DNA from: a bacterium
GTDB taxonomy: Bacteria; Desulfobacterota; DSWW01
Direction: 5' to 3'
DNA: 64,000 nucleotides
NCBI GenBank assembly: GCA_040756235.1
Contig: JBFLZG010000051.1
Span: 1 to 64,000 of the forward strand
In this document: in pieces, positions 1-9,469 of the stretch
How the letters are laid out: each line of letters opens with the position of its first letter
How positions within the stretch are numbered: the stretch's first letter is position 1
Program-made: the position numbers and the translations under genes
The notes under the pieces: generated by a model
Databases searched by the model: none
The model's input: only the letters and a program-made list of their open reading frames with translations
What the model was told of the DNA's origin: nothing

Positions 1-177
1 TTCTCCCCCACCCCTGTCACTCTAGTCGACGGGACTCAGCAGGTCGGAGCGGGGCCGCCCGGTGCAAGAAAAACGGGCGTACAGGATATTTTTGTCTTGA
101 CACCTCTTTCTATAGAGGGATGACGAAATATGACACAGCCGCGCAGGCCGGAATCCGGTCCTCGCTCCCCGTGATTC

Positions 178-261
178 GTAGGGGCGACCGGGCGGTCGCC
201 CCCAAAAGAGGCGGCCCGCCGGCCCGCGGGGGGGGGCGGGCGCAGCAAGCAGCGCCCCTAC
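178..261. repeat. Inverted pair of GTAG-type REP-like hairpins
   Basis: GTAGGGGCGACCGGGCGGTCGCCCC at 178 (+) and GTAGGGGCGCTGCTTGCTGCGCCC at 238-261 (-). The second recurs with one mismatch at 8420-8443. Confidence 0.75.
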
Positions 262-423
262 AGCAGCTGCGAAAACGGGGCCCGGCTGCGATTTCGTTTG
301 ACTTCGACCCCTCCGGATGATACAAATCCCTCGCATTTTGGCTCTTTCGCCGCTTACTTCCTTTCGTGCCGGCGCAAGGGCTTCAGCCCCTTTCCGTCAC
401 CCAGTCACGGATGCGGAGTGCCC

Positions 424-1704
424 ATGAATCGACTCAGGATCCTCGTCTTGCTCTGCATGCTGTTCGCGGTGGTCTCTCCCGCCGGAGGCGAGCAACCGGA
501 CCTTCTGGTTGCCCAAGGAATCGAGAGGGTCGGCCTGCGGGAGTACCAGGAAGCGGCGGATCGGCTCTCCAGGGCCCTGGAGCAGGACCCCGGGAATGCG
601 GAGGCTGCTTACTACGCCGGCTTCGCCTATTCGAGGCTCGGGAATTTCGATCGGGCCGAAGCCCTGTTCAGGAAGACGCTGGAGCTGGACCCGGGGGCGG
701 CGGATGCCTACTTCGAGCTCGGCCTCCTGTATGCCCGGAGCGCCAGGTGCGGGGAGGCCGAGCAGGTGCTGACCCGGTTCCGGGAAATGTCGCCCGACGA
801 CGAACTCAGGCAGTCGGCTGCGGAGCTGATCGAGGGGTGCCGGGAAGGGGCCCTGCAGAAACGTTTCCGCGTCGATGCCTCGATCGGCGGCAATTACGAC
901 ACGAACGTCATCCTGGAGGCCGACAACCCGCCCGAGGAGCAGGACGGGGACGACTTCGCGGCGCTGTTCTTTCTGTCCGCGGGCGGCAACCTCCTCCAGA
1001 GCCAGATCGCCGACCTGAAGCTCGACTACGACTTCTTCCAGAGCCTCCACAAAGACCGGAGCGGCTTCAACGTGACCTATAACCGGGTGGCGCCCACGAT
1101 CCGGCTGAACCTGTCCGAGAGGATCGTCCCGTCGGTCGGCTACGCCTTCGAGTACGACCTCGTTTCGGGGGATGCTTACAGCCGCTTCCATTCCGCCCTG
1201 GGCAAGGTCAGGGTGAAGGAGACGGAGAGCCTGGCCACGGAAGCCCACTACGAGTACAGAGATCAGGCCTACTGGGACGCGGATCGATTCGCCGGCAACT
1301 CCCAGAGGTCCGGGAGCCGCAATACGGTCGGGCTCACGCAGTGGGCGAAGCTTCGCGGGGTGGACTTCAGCGTTTACGGGCGCGGCGATTTCGACCGGGC
1401 GGACCGCTCTTTCTGGAGCTACGACGCCTTCCGCTTCGGCGCCGAGGCGTTCGTCCGGATCCGGGTCATTCATCTCGGCTTGGAGGGGTCTTACGAAGAG
1501 AGGCGTTATCGGGACGAGTTCCCGGGGTCGCAGGAGAAGCGGTTCGACCGGATGCAGCAGTACACGGTCATGGCCACCTACCTGCTGACCGAACGCATCG
1601 GAGTCACCTTGAGCAACACCACGGTTCTCAATGATTCGAACCTGGGCCTGTTCGAGTACACGAGGAACATAACCGGACTCTTCCTATCGGTGGGAATCCT
1701 ATGA
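424..1704 (+). CDS. TPR-repeat outer-membrane beta-barrel protein (SLAM/DUF560-like)
   Basis: Signal peptide from ATG 424 (MNRLRILVLLCMLFAVV). N-terminal TPR helices (AEAAYYAGFAYSRLG, ADAYFELGLLY), then GGNYDTNV and alternating aromatic beta-strands to the C-terminus. Confidence 0.75.
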   Translation: MNRLRILVLLCMLFAVVSPAGGEQPDLLVAQGIERVGLREYQEAADRLSRALEQDPGNAEAAYYAGFAYSRLGNFDRAEALFRKTLELDPGAADAYFELGLLYARSARCGEAEQVLTRFREMSPDDELRQSAAELIEGCREGALQKRFRVDASIGGNYDTNVILEADNPPEEQDGDDFAALFFLSAGGNLLQSQIADLKLDYDFFQSLHKDRSGFNVTYNRVAPTIRLNLSERIVPSVGYAFEYDLVSGDAYSRFHSALGKVRVKETESLATEAHYEYRDQAYWDADRFAGNSQRSGSRNTVGLTQWAKLRGVDFSVYGRGDFDRADRSFWSYDAFRFGAEAFVRIRVIHLGLEGSYEERRYRDEFPGSQEKRFDRMQQYTVMATYLLTERIGVTLSNTTVLNDSNLGLFEYTRNITGLFLSVGIL

Positions 1705-2522
1705 AGACAGCGCTTCGTTTTCTGTTGGCCGCGGCAGTCGCTTGGATCGGAACATGGGGCTTCACCTCGCAGGCGGCGCGAGCCGCCGAAGAAGCGGGCC
1801 GGGTGCTGGCGGTGCGCAACCAGGTGATGCTCGAGCGGGAAGGGCAGCGTTCTCCGGCCGCAGCTCAGTCGCCCCTCTATCTCCAGGATGCGGTCCTCAC
1901 CGACGCCAAGTCCAGGACCAAGCTGTTCTTCCGGGACGACAGCATCCTGAACCTGGGAGAGCTGAGCCAGGTGATGGTCGAGGAATATCTGTACAACGCG
2001 GAAAAGGACCGTTCCTCTTCGATCTACAGGCTGGTCGAAGGCTCTCTGAAGGTCGTGGTCGGCCGCACGGACCTCGAGATCCACACCGCGACCGCGGTGG
2101 CGGCCGCACGGGGGACGAAGTTCATCGTCTGGATCGAAGGCAAGCCCGAGGCGAAGTGGACGGGCCTGCTCGTCCTCGAGGGCGAGGTCCTGGTGCGGAG
2201 TATCCAGGCGGATCTGAAGCAGGCCCAGAGAGTCCAGGCGGGCGAGATGATCCGGGTGCCGGCAGGCGCGGAGCCGGCGCCGCCGTCTCCCATCGACCCG
2301 AGCGTCCTCAAGTGGTACAACCTGGACACTCTGGCCCTGGGGACGCCGTTCTCCTCTGATTCGGAGCGCCTGCGCCTGGACGGCACCGCCGCACCCGAGG
2401 GCTCGTACGCACAGACCATCCAGGACAGCCTGAGCTCCCTCCAGACGCCGCCGATCGAGCAAGAACCCATCGGAGCTTTCACCCCCGTCAACATTCACCT
2501 GGATTTCCCGACGGAGCCTTGA
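1701..2522 (+). CDS. FecR-domain periplasmic protein
   Basis: Signal peptide; FecR-like motifs DAVLTDAKSRTKLFFRDDSILNLGELS, TATAVAAARGTKF, VLEGEV. ATGA overlap with the upstream gene. Confidence 0.85.
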   Translation: MKTALRFLLAAAVAWIGTWGFTSQAARAAEEAGRVLAVRNQVMLEREGQRSPAAAQSPLYLQDAVLTDAKSRTKLFFRDDSILNLGELSQVMVEEYLYNAEKDRSSSIYRLVEGSLKVVVGRTDLEIHTATAVAAARGTKFIVWIEGKPEAKWTGLLVLEGEVLVRSIQADLKQAQRVQAGEMIRVPAGAEPAPPSPIDPSVLKWYNLDTLALGTPFSSDSERLRLDGTAAPEGSYAQTIQDSLSSLQTPPIEQEPIGAFTPVNIHLDFPTEP

Positions 2523-2524
2523 TC

Positions 2525-3565
2525 ATGAACAATTGCGTGCGACTCCTGCCCGGACTGGCCCTCGTCGCGCTCCTTGCGGCCTGCGGCGGAGGGGCCGGCG
2601 GAGATTCCGACGGCTTGACACCCGTGCGCATCGTGGTCGGCGGAGATGCCCCCGGTGACGCCGCCTCCATCCAGGCTGTCCCGCCGGAGCTGATCGAGGG
2701 ATCCCTTTGGATCTCGATCTACGCGCCCGACATGGAGACCATGGAGAAGGAGGTGCACGTGCGCTCGGAGGACGACGTGATCGAGGTGGAGTTCCTCGTC
2801 CCGAACGGGCCCGAGCGTCACGTCCTGGTCGAGGCGTACGATGCTTCCGGAACGCTGCGCTACTCGGGCCTGAGCTATCTCGAGCTCACGGGCGCGCCGG
2901 TGACCGTGACGGTCCAGATGCTGCCGGTCGAAGAGGATTTCACGCCGCCGTCGTTCCCCGGCCTCGCCGCGGCGGAAGCGCAGTCGTCGACCAGCGCCCT
3001 GCTGTCCTGGTCTCCCGCTGCCGACGATCAGACGCAGCCCTCCGGGATCGTCTACTACATCTATGAGTCGTTGAGTCCGGGCTTGCAGGACTTCCAGACT
3101 CCGAGCTACACCACGACGGCGGGCGCGACCTCCTACACGGTCCTGAACCTCACGCCGGGGGAAACTTATTACTACGTGGTCCGGGCGCGGGACGCGGCCG
3201 GAAACGTGGATGCCAATGTCGTCGAGCTGGAGGTCCAGACCCCGGCCGCCGGAGACACGACGCCGCCCGACTTCGCCGGCCTGAGCTTTGCGGAGCCCTT
3301 CCCGCCGGGTGAGGCCATGCTCTTCTGGAGCCCTGCCTCGGACGACGTGTCCCCGCCCTCGGCCATCGAGTACCTGATCTACGAGTCCCAGAGCCCGGGC
3401 CTGCAGGACTTCCAGAACCCGACCTTCGTCACGGCTCCGGGGGCGGTCGAGCACATCGTCACCGGCCTGCAGCCCGGTTTCACTTACTACTACGTGGTGC
3501 GTGCCCGCGACCAGGCGGGGAACGTCGATTCGAACACGGTGGAATTCCCGGTGCAGATGCCATAG
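2525..3565 (+). CDS. Lipoprotein with two tandem fibronectin type III domains
   Basis: Lipobox LLAAC followed by GGGAGG. Two ~103-aa repeats (about 2936-3244 and 3254-3562) sharing W-SPA-DD, YES-SPGLQDF and TYYYVVRARD-AGNVD-N. Confidence 0.85.
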   Translation: MNNCVRLLPGLALVALLAACGGGAGGDSDGLTPVRIVVGGDAPGDAASIQAVPPELIEGSLWISIYAPDMETMEKEVHVRSEDDVIEVEFLVPNGPERHVLVEAYDASGTLRYSGLSYLELTGAPVTVTVQMLPVEEDFTPPSFPGLAAAEAQSSTSALLSWSPAADDQTQPSGIVYYIYESLSPGLQDFQTPSYTTTAGATSYTVLNLTPGETYYYVVRARDAAGNVDANVVELEVQTPAAGDTTPPDFAGLSFAEPFPPGEAMLFWSPASDDVSPPSAIEYLIYESQSPGLQDFQNPTFVTAPGAVEHIVTGLQPGFTYYYVVRARDQAGNVDSNTVEFPVQMP

Positions 3566-3610
3566 GGCTCGGTTTCGCGAATACATTGAGGAGAGTAAAG
3601 CCTGGCTCCT

Positions 3611-5617
3611 ATGCCTTCAGGCGTGGCCATAGCGCGGCGGTTGGCGCGGCTCGAACACCCACTGGTCTGGATCCCTCTCCTGCTCACGGCTTTGTTTGCC
3701 GTCCTCTGCTTCGTGAATCCCTCCGTCATCGACGGCTACGCCGAAGCACTGCTCGTCGATTATCGGTTCAAGGTGCGGAACCTCTTCCTGCCTCCCCGAG
3801 TTCCCGATGAGATCCTCATTGTCACGATCGACGAGAAGAGCCTTGCCGCCCACGGCCGGTGGCCCTGGGACCGCAGGCTCCAGGCTTCCCTGATCGAGCA
3901 TGTCTTCGCAGGCGATCCCGAAGCCGTCGCGGTCGACATCTTTTTTCCCGAACCCGAGTCGCCGGACTCCGATCGGGCCCTGGCGGCCGTGCTCGCGGCG
4001 CACCGAGACCGGCTGGTGGTCGCGCTGGGCTTCGAGGCGCAGCCCGGGAGAGCCTTCGATGGCGAGATCCCGGAGCCCCTGTACGATCTCGCAATCCGCA
4101 AGATAGAGAACCTCCGCCATCTGCGGACGATCGATGCCTTCCGTGTCCTCATGCCGCCCGAACCGATCGGCAGCTCGGCCGCCTTCGGGCACGTCTACAC
4201 CTTGCCTGACCGCGACGGCAAGCTCAGGTGGGAGGCCCTCTACCTCCGCTACGGCGACGAGTATTTCCCCTCCCTGGCGCTGCAAACCGCCCGGGTCGCG
4301 CTCGGGGTCCCTGCGGAGCAGGTCCGTATCTCGGGCGGGCTGGGAGTCCGGATCGGCGAGCGGTTCGTCCCCACGGACGAGTTCGGCAGGGTGCCGGTGA
4401 ACTACTACGGCCGCGAGGGGACGATCGCACATGTTTCCGCGGCCGACGTGCTGGGGGGCAGGGTCCCGGGGGAGCGCTTCCGGGGACGGGTCGTGTTCAT
4501 CGGCACCTCGGCGATCGCTACTTACGATCTCAAGAGCACCCCGTTCTCGGCCAACATGCCGGGAGTGGAGAAGAACGCAACCGTCGTGGCCAACATCCTC
4601 CAGAACCGAGTGGCCGTGCGCTGTCCGCTCGCCCTGGAGCTGCTTCTGATCCTGCTGATCGGCGTCCTGGTGGTGTGGCTGGGCCGGAAGGGGAAGGCGC
4701 TGCAGACCGTTCTCGTCTTCTCGGGGCTGGCGTTCCTCGTGCTCGCGGCGAACCAGCTGGTCTTCTCCTTCTGGAGAGTGACCTGCAACCTGTTCTACCC
4801 CCTGGCCCTGGTCGGCGCCCAGGGCATGCTCATCATCAGCGTCCGGTATCTCACGGAGGAGAGGAAGGCCAGGGAGGTGAGACGGATCTTCTCCAGCTAC
4901 GTCACGGAACGGGTGGTGAACGAGCTCATTCGCAACCCGGGCATGACCCGGCTGGGCGGCGAGCGCAGGCGGATCACGATCCTTTTCTCGGACATCCGGG
5001 GGTTCACGACTTTCTCCGAGGCCCATGCGCCCGAGGAGGTGGTGGCGATGCTCAACGAGTTCCTGGGTGCCATGACGGAAGTCATCTTCCGGTGGGAGGG
5101 AACCCTGGACAAGTTCGTGGGCGACGAGATCATGGCCTTCTGGGGTTCGCCGCTCCTCCAGGAAAACCATGCGGAGCTTGCCTTGCGGTGCGCGCTGCAC
5201 ATGATCCGCAGGCTGGAAGAGCTGAAGGAGAAATGGGGCTCCGAAGGCAAGGCCCGGCTCGATATCGGAATCGGCATCAACAGCGGCGAGGTCCTCGTCG
5301 GCAACATCGGCGCCGAGGGGAAGAAGATGGAGTACACGGCCATCGGCGACCACGTGAACCTCGGCGCCCGGGTGGAATCGCTGACGAGGCGGTACAACGT
5401 CCCGATCCTGATCACCGAATTCACGTTCCAGGAGGTGCGGGGGCTGCTCGGATCCGGCGCGATCGGCCACGTCTCGGTCGAGGGTTTGCAGCAGGTCATC
5501 GTCAAGGGCAGGGAGAAACCGGTCAGGCTCTATGCGGTCCGCTCCCTCGCACACGGCGAACGTTCCGTCCTGTCGGAGTGCGCGGAAGGCGGGGTGGTGC
5601 GCATGGTGGAGAAGTAG
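3611..5617 (+). CDS. CHASE2-domain class III adenylate cyclase
   Basis: CHASE2 motifs IDEKSL..GRWPWDR, DIFFPEP, PGVEKNA; three TM helices; cyclase motifs FSDIRGFT, DKFVGDEIM, EYTAIGDHVNLGARVE. Confidence 0.95.
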   Translation: MPSGVAIARRLARLEHPLVWIPLLLTALFAVLCFVNPSVIDGYAEALLVDYRFKVRNLFLPPRVPDEILIVTIDEKSLAAHGRWPWDRRLQASLIEHVFAGDPEAVAVDIFFPEPESPDSDRALAAVLAAHRDRLVVALGFEAQPGRAFDGEIPEPLYDLAIRKIENLRHLRTIDAFRVLMPPEPIGSSAAFGHVYTLPDRDGKLRWEALYLRYGDEYFPSLALQTARVALGVPAEQVRISGGLGVRIGERFVPTDEFGRVPVNYYGREGTIAHVSAADVLGGRVPGERFRGRVVFIGTSAIATYDLKSTPFSANMPGVEKNATVVANILQNRVAVRCPLALELLLILLIGVLVVWLGRKGKALQTVLVFSGLAFLVLAANQLVFSFWRVTCNLFYPLALVGAQGMLIISVRYLTEERKAREVRRIFSSYVTERVVNELIRNPGMTRLGGERRRITILFSDIRGFTTFSEAHAPEEVVAMLNEFLGAMTEVIFRWEGTLDKFVGDEIMAFWGSPLLQENHAELALRCALHMIRRLEELKEKWGSEGKARLDIGIGINSGEVLVGNIGAEGKKMEYTAIGDHVNLGARVESLTRRYNVPILITEFTFQEVRGLLGSGAIGHVSVEGLQQVIVKGREKPVRLYAVRSLAHGERSVLSECAEGGVVRMVEK

Positions 5618-5672
5618 GGGCTGAAGAGAGCGGTCGGTTTTCAGCTGTCAGCTGGGCGTTTCCGGACAGCCT

Positions 5673-7208
5673 CTACCAGGGCCTAAGGAAATCGGCCGTA
5701 TACCGGATGGCCTTCAGGAAAGGGTGGACCCGCATCCCGGACTGCACCGGAGCTTCGGGTGGAAGCTCCTGCTTCCGGGCATCCCGGATCTGCTCGAACT
5801 CCTGGAGCAGGTCGGGATAGGTCCGGAACAGGACATCCATGCAGTGCTTGTCCGTCCTGACCACCACGGCGCCCTCCTCTCCGGCCACGACGTCCGCGGT
5901 GCGCTGGCGCCCGCCCAAAAGTCCCATCTCCCCGAAGTAGTGCCCGGCGCCGATCCTGGGTTTGCGACCGTCCGGGAGGAGAACCAGGCACGACCCCTCC
6001 GTGACGAGGTACAGGGCGTCGCCGATCTCGCCCTTCAGCAGGACATGTTCGCCGGCGGCATAGCGTTTGCGGAAGGAGTTGCGCGCCAGAAAATCGAGGT
6101 CCCGCGCCCGGAGGTGGCGCCTGAAGGGCGCCAGTCCCTGAAGGCAGGCGATCTTCGCCTCCACTTCCTTATCATTCTCCTCCTGCTCATGTTCGATCTG
6201 ATCGCGCTCCTTCATGTGCACGGTCCGGATGGGGAACGGGATCTCGATCCCGTAGAACTTGAAGGCGTACCAGATCTTGGTCATGATCGAATCCGCGATG
6301 CGGCGGTGCTCCCCGTAGTCGTCGATCCAGTACTTCATCTCGTAAACGATGGCGAAGTCGCCGTACTCGATCGTTTTCACAAGCGGGGGCGGGGCCTTGG
6401 CCACGGCGGGCTCTCTCATGAGAATCGTCCGAAGGACCTCCTTGACCTTGACCGGCGGGTCGTTGTACGAGGTCCCGACCCTGAGCTGGCGTGCAAACAG
6501 AGGGTTCGGCTTGTTGTAGCAGAGGATCTTCTCGGCCCCGAGAAGGCGGTTCGGCACCGTGATGCACTCGTCCTCGAGGGTGACGAGCTTGGTCGAGCGC
6601 CAGTTCTTCTCGTACACCTTGCCGATCGTCTCGCTGTCGCCGATGCGGATCCAGTCTCCGCTGTGGAAGGCGCCTTCCGTGTCCAGGGCCATTCCGGTGA
6701 ACAGGTTCTCGAGCATTTCCTTCAAGGCGAAGCCGAGGACGATGGAAGCCGCGCCCATGCCGAGGATCACCGGCCACAGATTGATCCTCAGGAAGAGGAC
6801 GCAGCCGCCCAGCACGATGCACCATTTGATCAGGGCCTTGTGCATGGACAGGAGCTCGATGCCCCTCTTCTTCATGAAGAAAGCGACGGAGGAGATCAGA
6901 AGGTCCGTGACGATGTAGAGCAGCGAGAAGATGATCAGCGTGGCCAGGATGTTGAGAAACCAGGGCTCGCCCTGTTCCGGGGTGACGGGGACGATCCACC
7001 AGTTGGCGGGGTCCCGGTTGGCCGGCAGCTCCCGGTCGAAAACCTGCAGGATGTTCCGGGCGTAGAGGAGAGAGGCTGCCACGAGCGGCAGGAGAAGAAA
7101 CAAGGAAGTCACCAGGAAAACGAACCGCCTCTCGCCTTTGTGGCGGAGGGCCTGGCGGAAGAAGATGATGCAGAGATAGATCCCCGAGAGGGAAAGGAGC
7201 AGTCTCAT
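5673..7208 (-). CDS. MscS-family channel with C-terminal cyclic-nucleotide-binding domain
   Basis: MscS core (GFALKEMLENLFTG, GDWIRI, NWRST, VPN, GIEIPFPIRTVH) plus cNMP phosphate-binding cassette FGEMGLL...RTADV. Start chosen at ATG 7208. Confidence 0.9.
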   Translation of the reverse strand: MRLLLSLSGIYLCIIFFRQALRHKGERRFVFLVTSLFLLLPLVAASLLYARNILQVFDRELPANRDPANWWIVPVTPEQGEPWFLNILATLIIFSLLYIVTDLLISSVAFFMKKRGIELLSMHKALIKWCIVLGGCVLFLRINLWPVILGMGAASIVLGFALKEMLENLFTGMALDTEGAFHSGDWIRIGDSETIGKVYEKNWRSTKLVTLEDECITVPNRLLGAEKILCYNKPNPLFARQLRVGTSYNDPPVKVKEVLRTILMREPAVAKAPPPLVKTIEYGDFAIVYEMKYWIDDYGEHRRIADSIMTKIWYAFKFYGIEIPFPIRTVHMKERDQIEHEQEENDKEVEAKIACLQGLAPFRRHLRARDLDFLARNSFRKRYAAGEHVLLKGEIGDALYLVTEGSCLVLLPDGRKPRIGAGHYFGEMGLLGGRQRTADVVAGEEGAVVVRTDKHCMDVLFRTYPDLLQEFEQIRDARKQELPPEAPVQSGMRVHPFLKAIRYTADFLRPW

Positions 7209-7445
7209 CCGGTCCGATTTCTCCTCGAGATGGATCCCTGCAAGAGGTGGGGACGGGCTTGCAGTCTGAAGAGCCCGCCGCCCCCCGGCGGGAGCGCCGC
7301 AAACCGGCCAACAGGGTAGCGGGAACAAGGAGGCAGAGTCAAGAATATCGAGTGTGCTTGGCCGAGCCGCGTCCGGGCCGTTTGACCCCCCGAGAGCCCG
7401 GCTGCTAACATGACCGCCCGGGTGTGCCGGAGCGGCTCGGCCGCA

Positions 7446-7611
7446 AGAGGCTGTCGATAAACGGCCATCTGCGGCGTTGCGCTCGTGGCGCGGCATGGAC
7501 GCGGGGGAGCCTGCCCCGGCGAAGGCCGGGGTCACTGCGGCGTACTGCCGTGTACGCCTCGTTCCTCAGGACTTTGCGCGCCTTGCATCTGGCCATTTCT
7601 CAACAGCCTCT
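7446..7611. mobile_element. Non-autonomous MITE-like element with 27-bp imperfect terminal inverted repeats
   Basis: Left end AGAGGCTGTCGATAAACGGCCATCTGC vs reverse complement of right end AGAGGCTGTTGAGAAATGGCCAGATGC (22/27 identical). Internal hairpin CCCCGGCGAAGGCCGGGG. End fragments recur at 8534-8566 (+) and 5649-5674 (-). Confidence 0.65.
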
Positions 7612-7647
7612 CCAGACGGTGTTTTTCAACGTCCCGGAAACGAGGAG

Positions 7648-8415
7648 ATGAACTTGAAGCTTCGCGTACTGGGCTGTTTCGGCGGCAGTGCTCCGGGCAT
7701 GAGGCTCACGTCCTATCTGATCGACGAGCGGATCGCCGTCGATGCCGGCAGTCTCACGGAACCCCTTGCCATCAGGGAGCAGGCCAGGATCACGCACCTT
7801 TTCATCAGCCACTGCCACATCGACCACCTGGTGACCCTCCCGTTTCTACTCGACAATGTCCTCCCCTGGGCGGAAAATCCGATCACCCTCTGGGGACCGC
7901 AGGAGACGATCCGGAACATCGAGGAACACCTGTTCAACGGCAGCCTGTGGCCGGACTTCACCAGGATCCCCAACGAGAAGAAGCCCATCCTGAGAATGCA
8001 GGCGCTCGCGCCCGGTCAGACGATCGAGGCTCACGGCCTGGCGATCACGCCTTTCGCTCTGGACCACATGGTGGCGTGTCACGGCCATCTCATACAGGCG
8101 CCTGGCGCTGCGGTGGCCATCTGCAGCGACACGGCGTCATTGGATGGTCTGGTGCGGATCCTCCCGCAAGCGGTCGGCCTGAAGGCCGTCATCCTCGAAG
8201 CCTCCTTCCCCCGCCGGCTCGCCCGCATTGCCGAGCTTTCCCGGCATCTCTCGACCGACTCCTTTGCCCGGGAGGCGGCCCGTATCCCGTCTGACGTTCC
8301 CCTGCTGGTGTGTCACCTCAAGCCCGACTGCGTCCAGGAGATCACCGGCGAGGTCCGCGGTCTCGGCATGAAGAACGTGTCCTTCCTGGAGCAGGACCGG
8401 GAATACCTTTTCTGA
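7648..8415 (+). CDS. Class II cyclic-nucleotide phosphodiesterase (metallo-beta-lactamase fold)
   Basis: RBS GAGGAG before ATG 7648. LRVLGCFGG, VDAGSL, SHCHIDH (HxHxDH), HLFNGSLWPDF, EASFP, HLKP. Confidence 0.88.
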   Translation: MNLKLRVLGCFGGSAPGMRLTSYLIDERIAVDAGSLTEPLAIREQARITHLFISHCHIDHLVTLPFLLDNVLPWAENPITLWGPQETIRNIEEHLFNGSLWPDFTRIPNEKKPILRMQALAPGQTIEAHGLAITPFALDHMVACHGHLIQAPGAAVAICSDTASLDGLVRILPQAVGLKAVILEASFPRRLARIAELSRHLSTDSFAREAARIPSDVPLLVCHLKPDCVQEITGEVRGLGMKNVSFLEQDREYLF

Positions 8416-8419
8416 AGTT

Positions 8420-8610
8420 GTAGGGGCGCTGCTTGCCGCGCCCGCCGCTCGGGCAGGGCAAGCCCTGCCCCTACAAGAAAACCTGCCGAGGTTGGTGGAC
8501 ACGCTACGCTTTGTCCACCCTACCGGGATGCTGAGAGGCTGGCGATAAACGCCCATCTGCGGCGTTCGGTTGCGAGCGACCTGTAGGGGCGAAAGATTTT
8601 TCGCTCCTAC
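8420..8610. repeat. Cluster of GTAG REP-like hairpins plus MITE end fragment between convergent genes
   Basis: Hairpins at 8420-8443 (+), 8451-8474 (-), 8494-8523 (-, GTAGGGTGGACAAAGCGTAGCGTGTCCACC) and 8583-8610 (+). MITE end at 8534-8566. Confidence 0.75.
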
Positions 8611-8692
8611 TTCGGGCGCAAGACTGCTGAAAACTGGCAGGACGGCGCCTGTCAGCAGCTGACAACTGGAAGCCGACAACTGCATGCTGCTC

Positions 8693-9469
8693 TCACAGCC
8701 GCAGCATCCCTTCGCGGGTGAAGCATCTCCTGAGGACCAGGAAGACGACGAGGACGCTGCCCAGAGAGGTCGAGCCGACCAGCATGAGCATGACCATGAT
8801 CTGGTATTTGACCGCCAGGAAAACGTCTGATCCGGCCAGTACCTGACCGGTCATCATGCCCGGGATGAAGACGATTCCCACGCTCATCATGGAGTTGATG
8901 GAGGGGATCATACCGGCCCGGATGGCCGTCTTGACGGTGTCGGCGGTCGCCTCCCGGTAGGTTCCTCCCACCGAGAGCTTCATCTCGACGATGTTCCTGC
9001 CGGTCTTGAGATCGCGGAACAGCCTGTCCAGGGTGATGGCGATGGCGTTCATGGAGTTGCCGATCACCATGCCTCCGAGGGGGATGAAGTACCGGGGCTC
9101 GTACCACGGCTCGACCTGAACGATGACTGCGGTGATGAGCATCGTGATGGCGGTGTAGGAGAGAAGCATGGAGAGGAAGGTCGAGTCGAAGTAGCGGACC
9201 GACTTCTCCTTGACCCTGCCCCGGATCGTGATGACCGCGAACAGAACCATGAGCCAGAAGATGGCCAGGACGAGGAACGGGGCTTTCAGGTCGAAGACGT
9301 ACTTGAGGACGAGTCCCAGAAGGAAGAGCTGGGAAAAGGTCCGCACCGTGCCCCACAACAGATCCCGATGCAGGCCCAGGCGGAGGACGAGCGTCGCCAA
9401 GCCGGCGACGAGAACAAACATCGTGCACAGCCCGAGCTGGGGCCAGCCGATCTCAGCCGCGCCGTTCAT
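8693..9469 (-). CDS. fetB: FetB/YbbM (UPF0014) ABC transporter permease
   Basis: RTFSQLFLLGLVL, PRYFIPLGGMVIGNSMNA, IPGMMTGQVLAG..AVKYQI. Confidence 0.9.
   Translation of the reverse strand: MNGAAEIGWPQLGLCTMFVLVAGLATLVLRLGLHRDLLWGTVRTFSQLFLLGLVLKYVFDLKAPFLVLAIFWLMVLFAVITIRGRVKEKSVRYFDSTFLSMLLSYTAITMLITAVIVQVEPWYEPRYFIPLGGMVIGNSMNAIAITLDRLFRDLKTGRNIVEMKLSVGGTYREATADTVKTAIRAGMIPSINSMMSVGIVFIPGMMTGQVLAGSDVFLAVKYQIMVMLMLVGSTSLGSVLVVFLVLRRCFTREGMLRL

Noticed and set aside
8420..8690. Possible CRISPR array
   Set aside because: Repeats are heterogeneous hairpins in both orientations without regular spacers; no cas genes.
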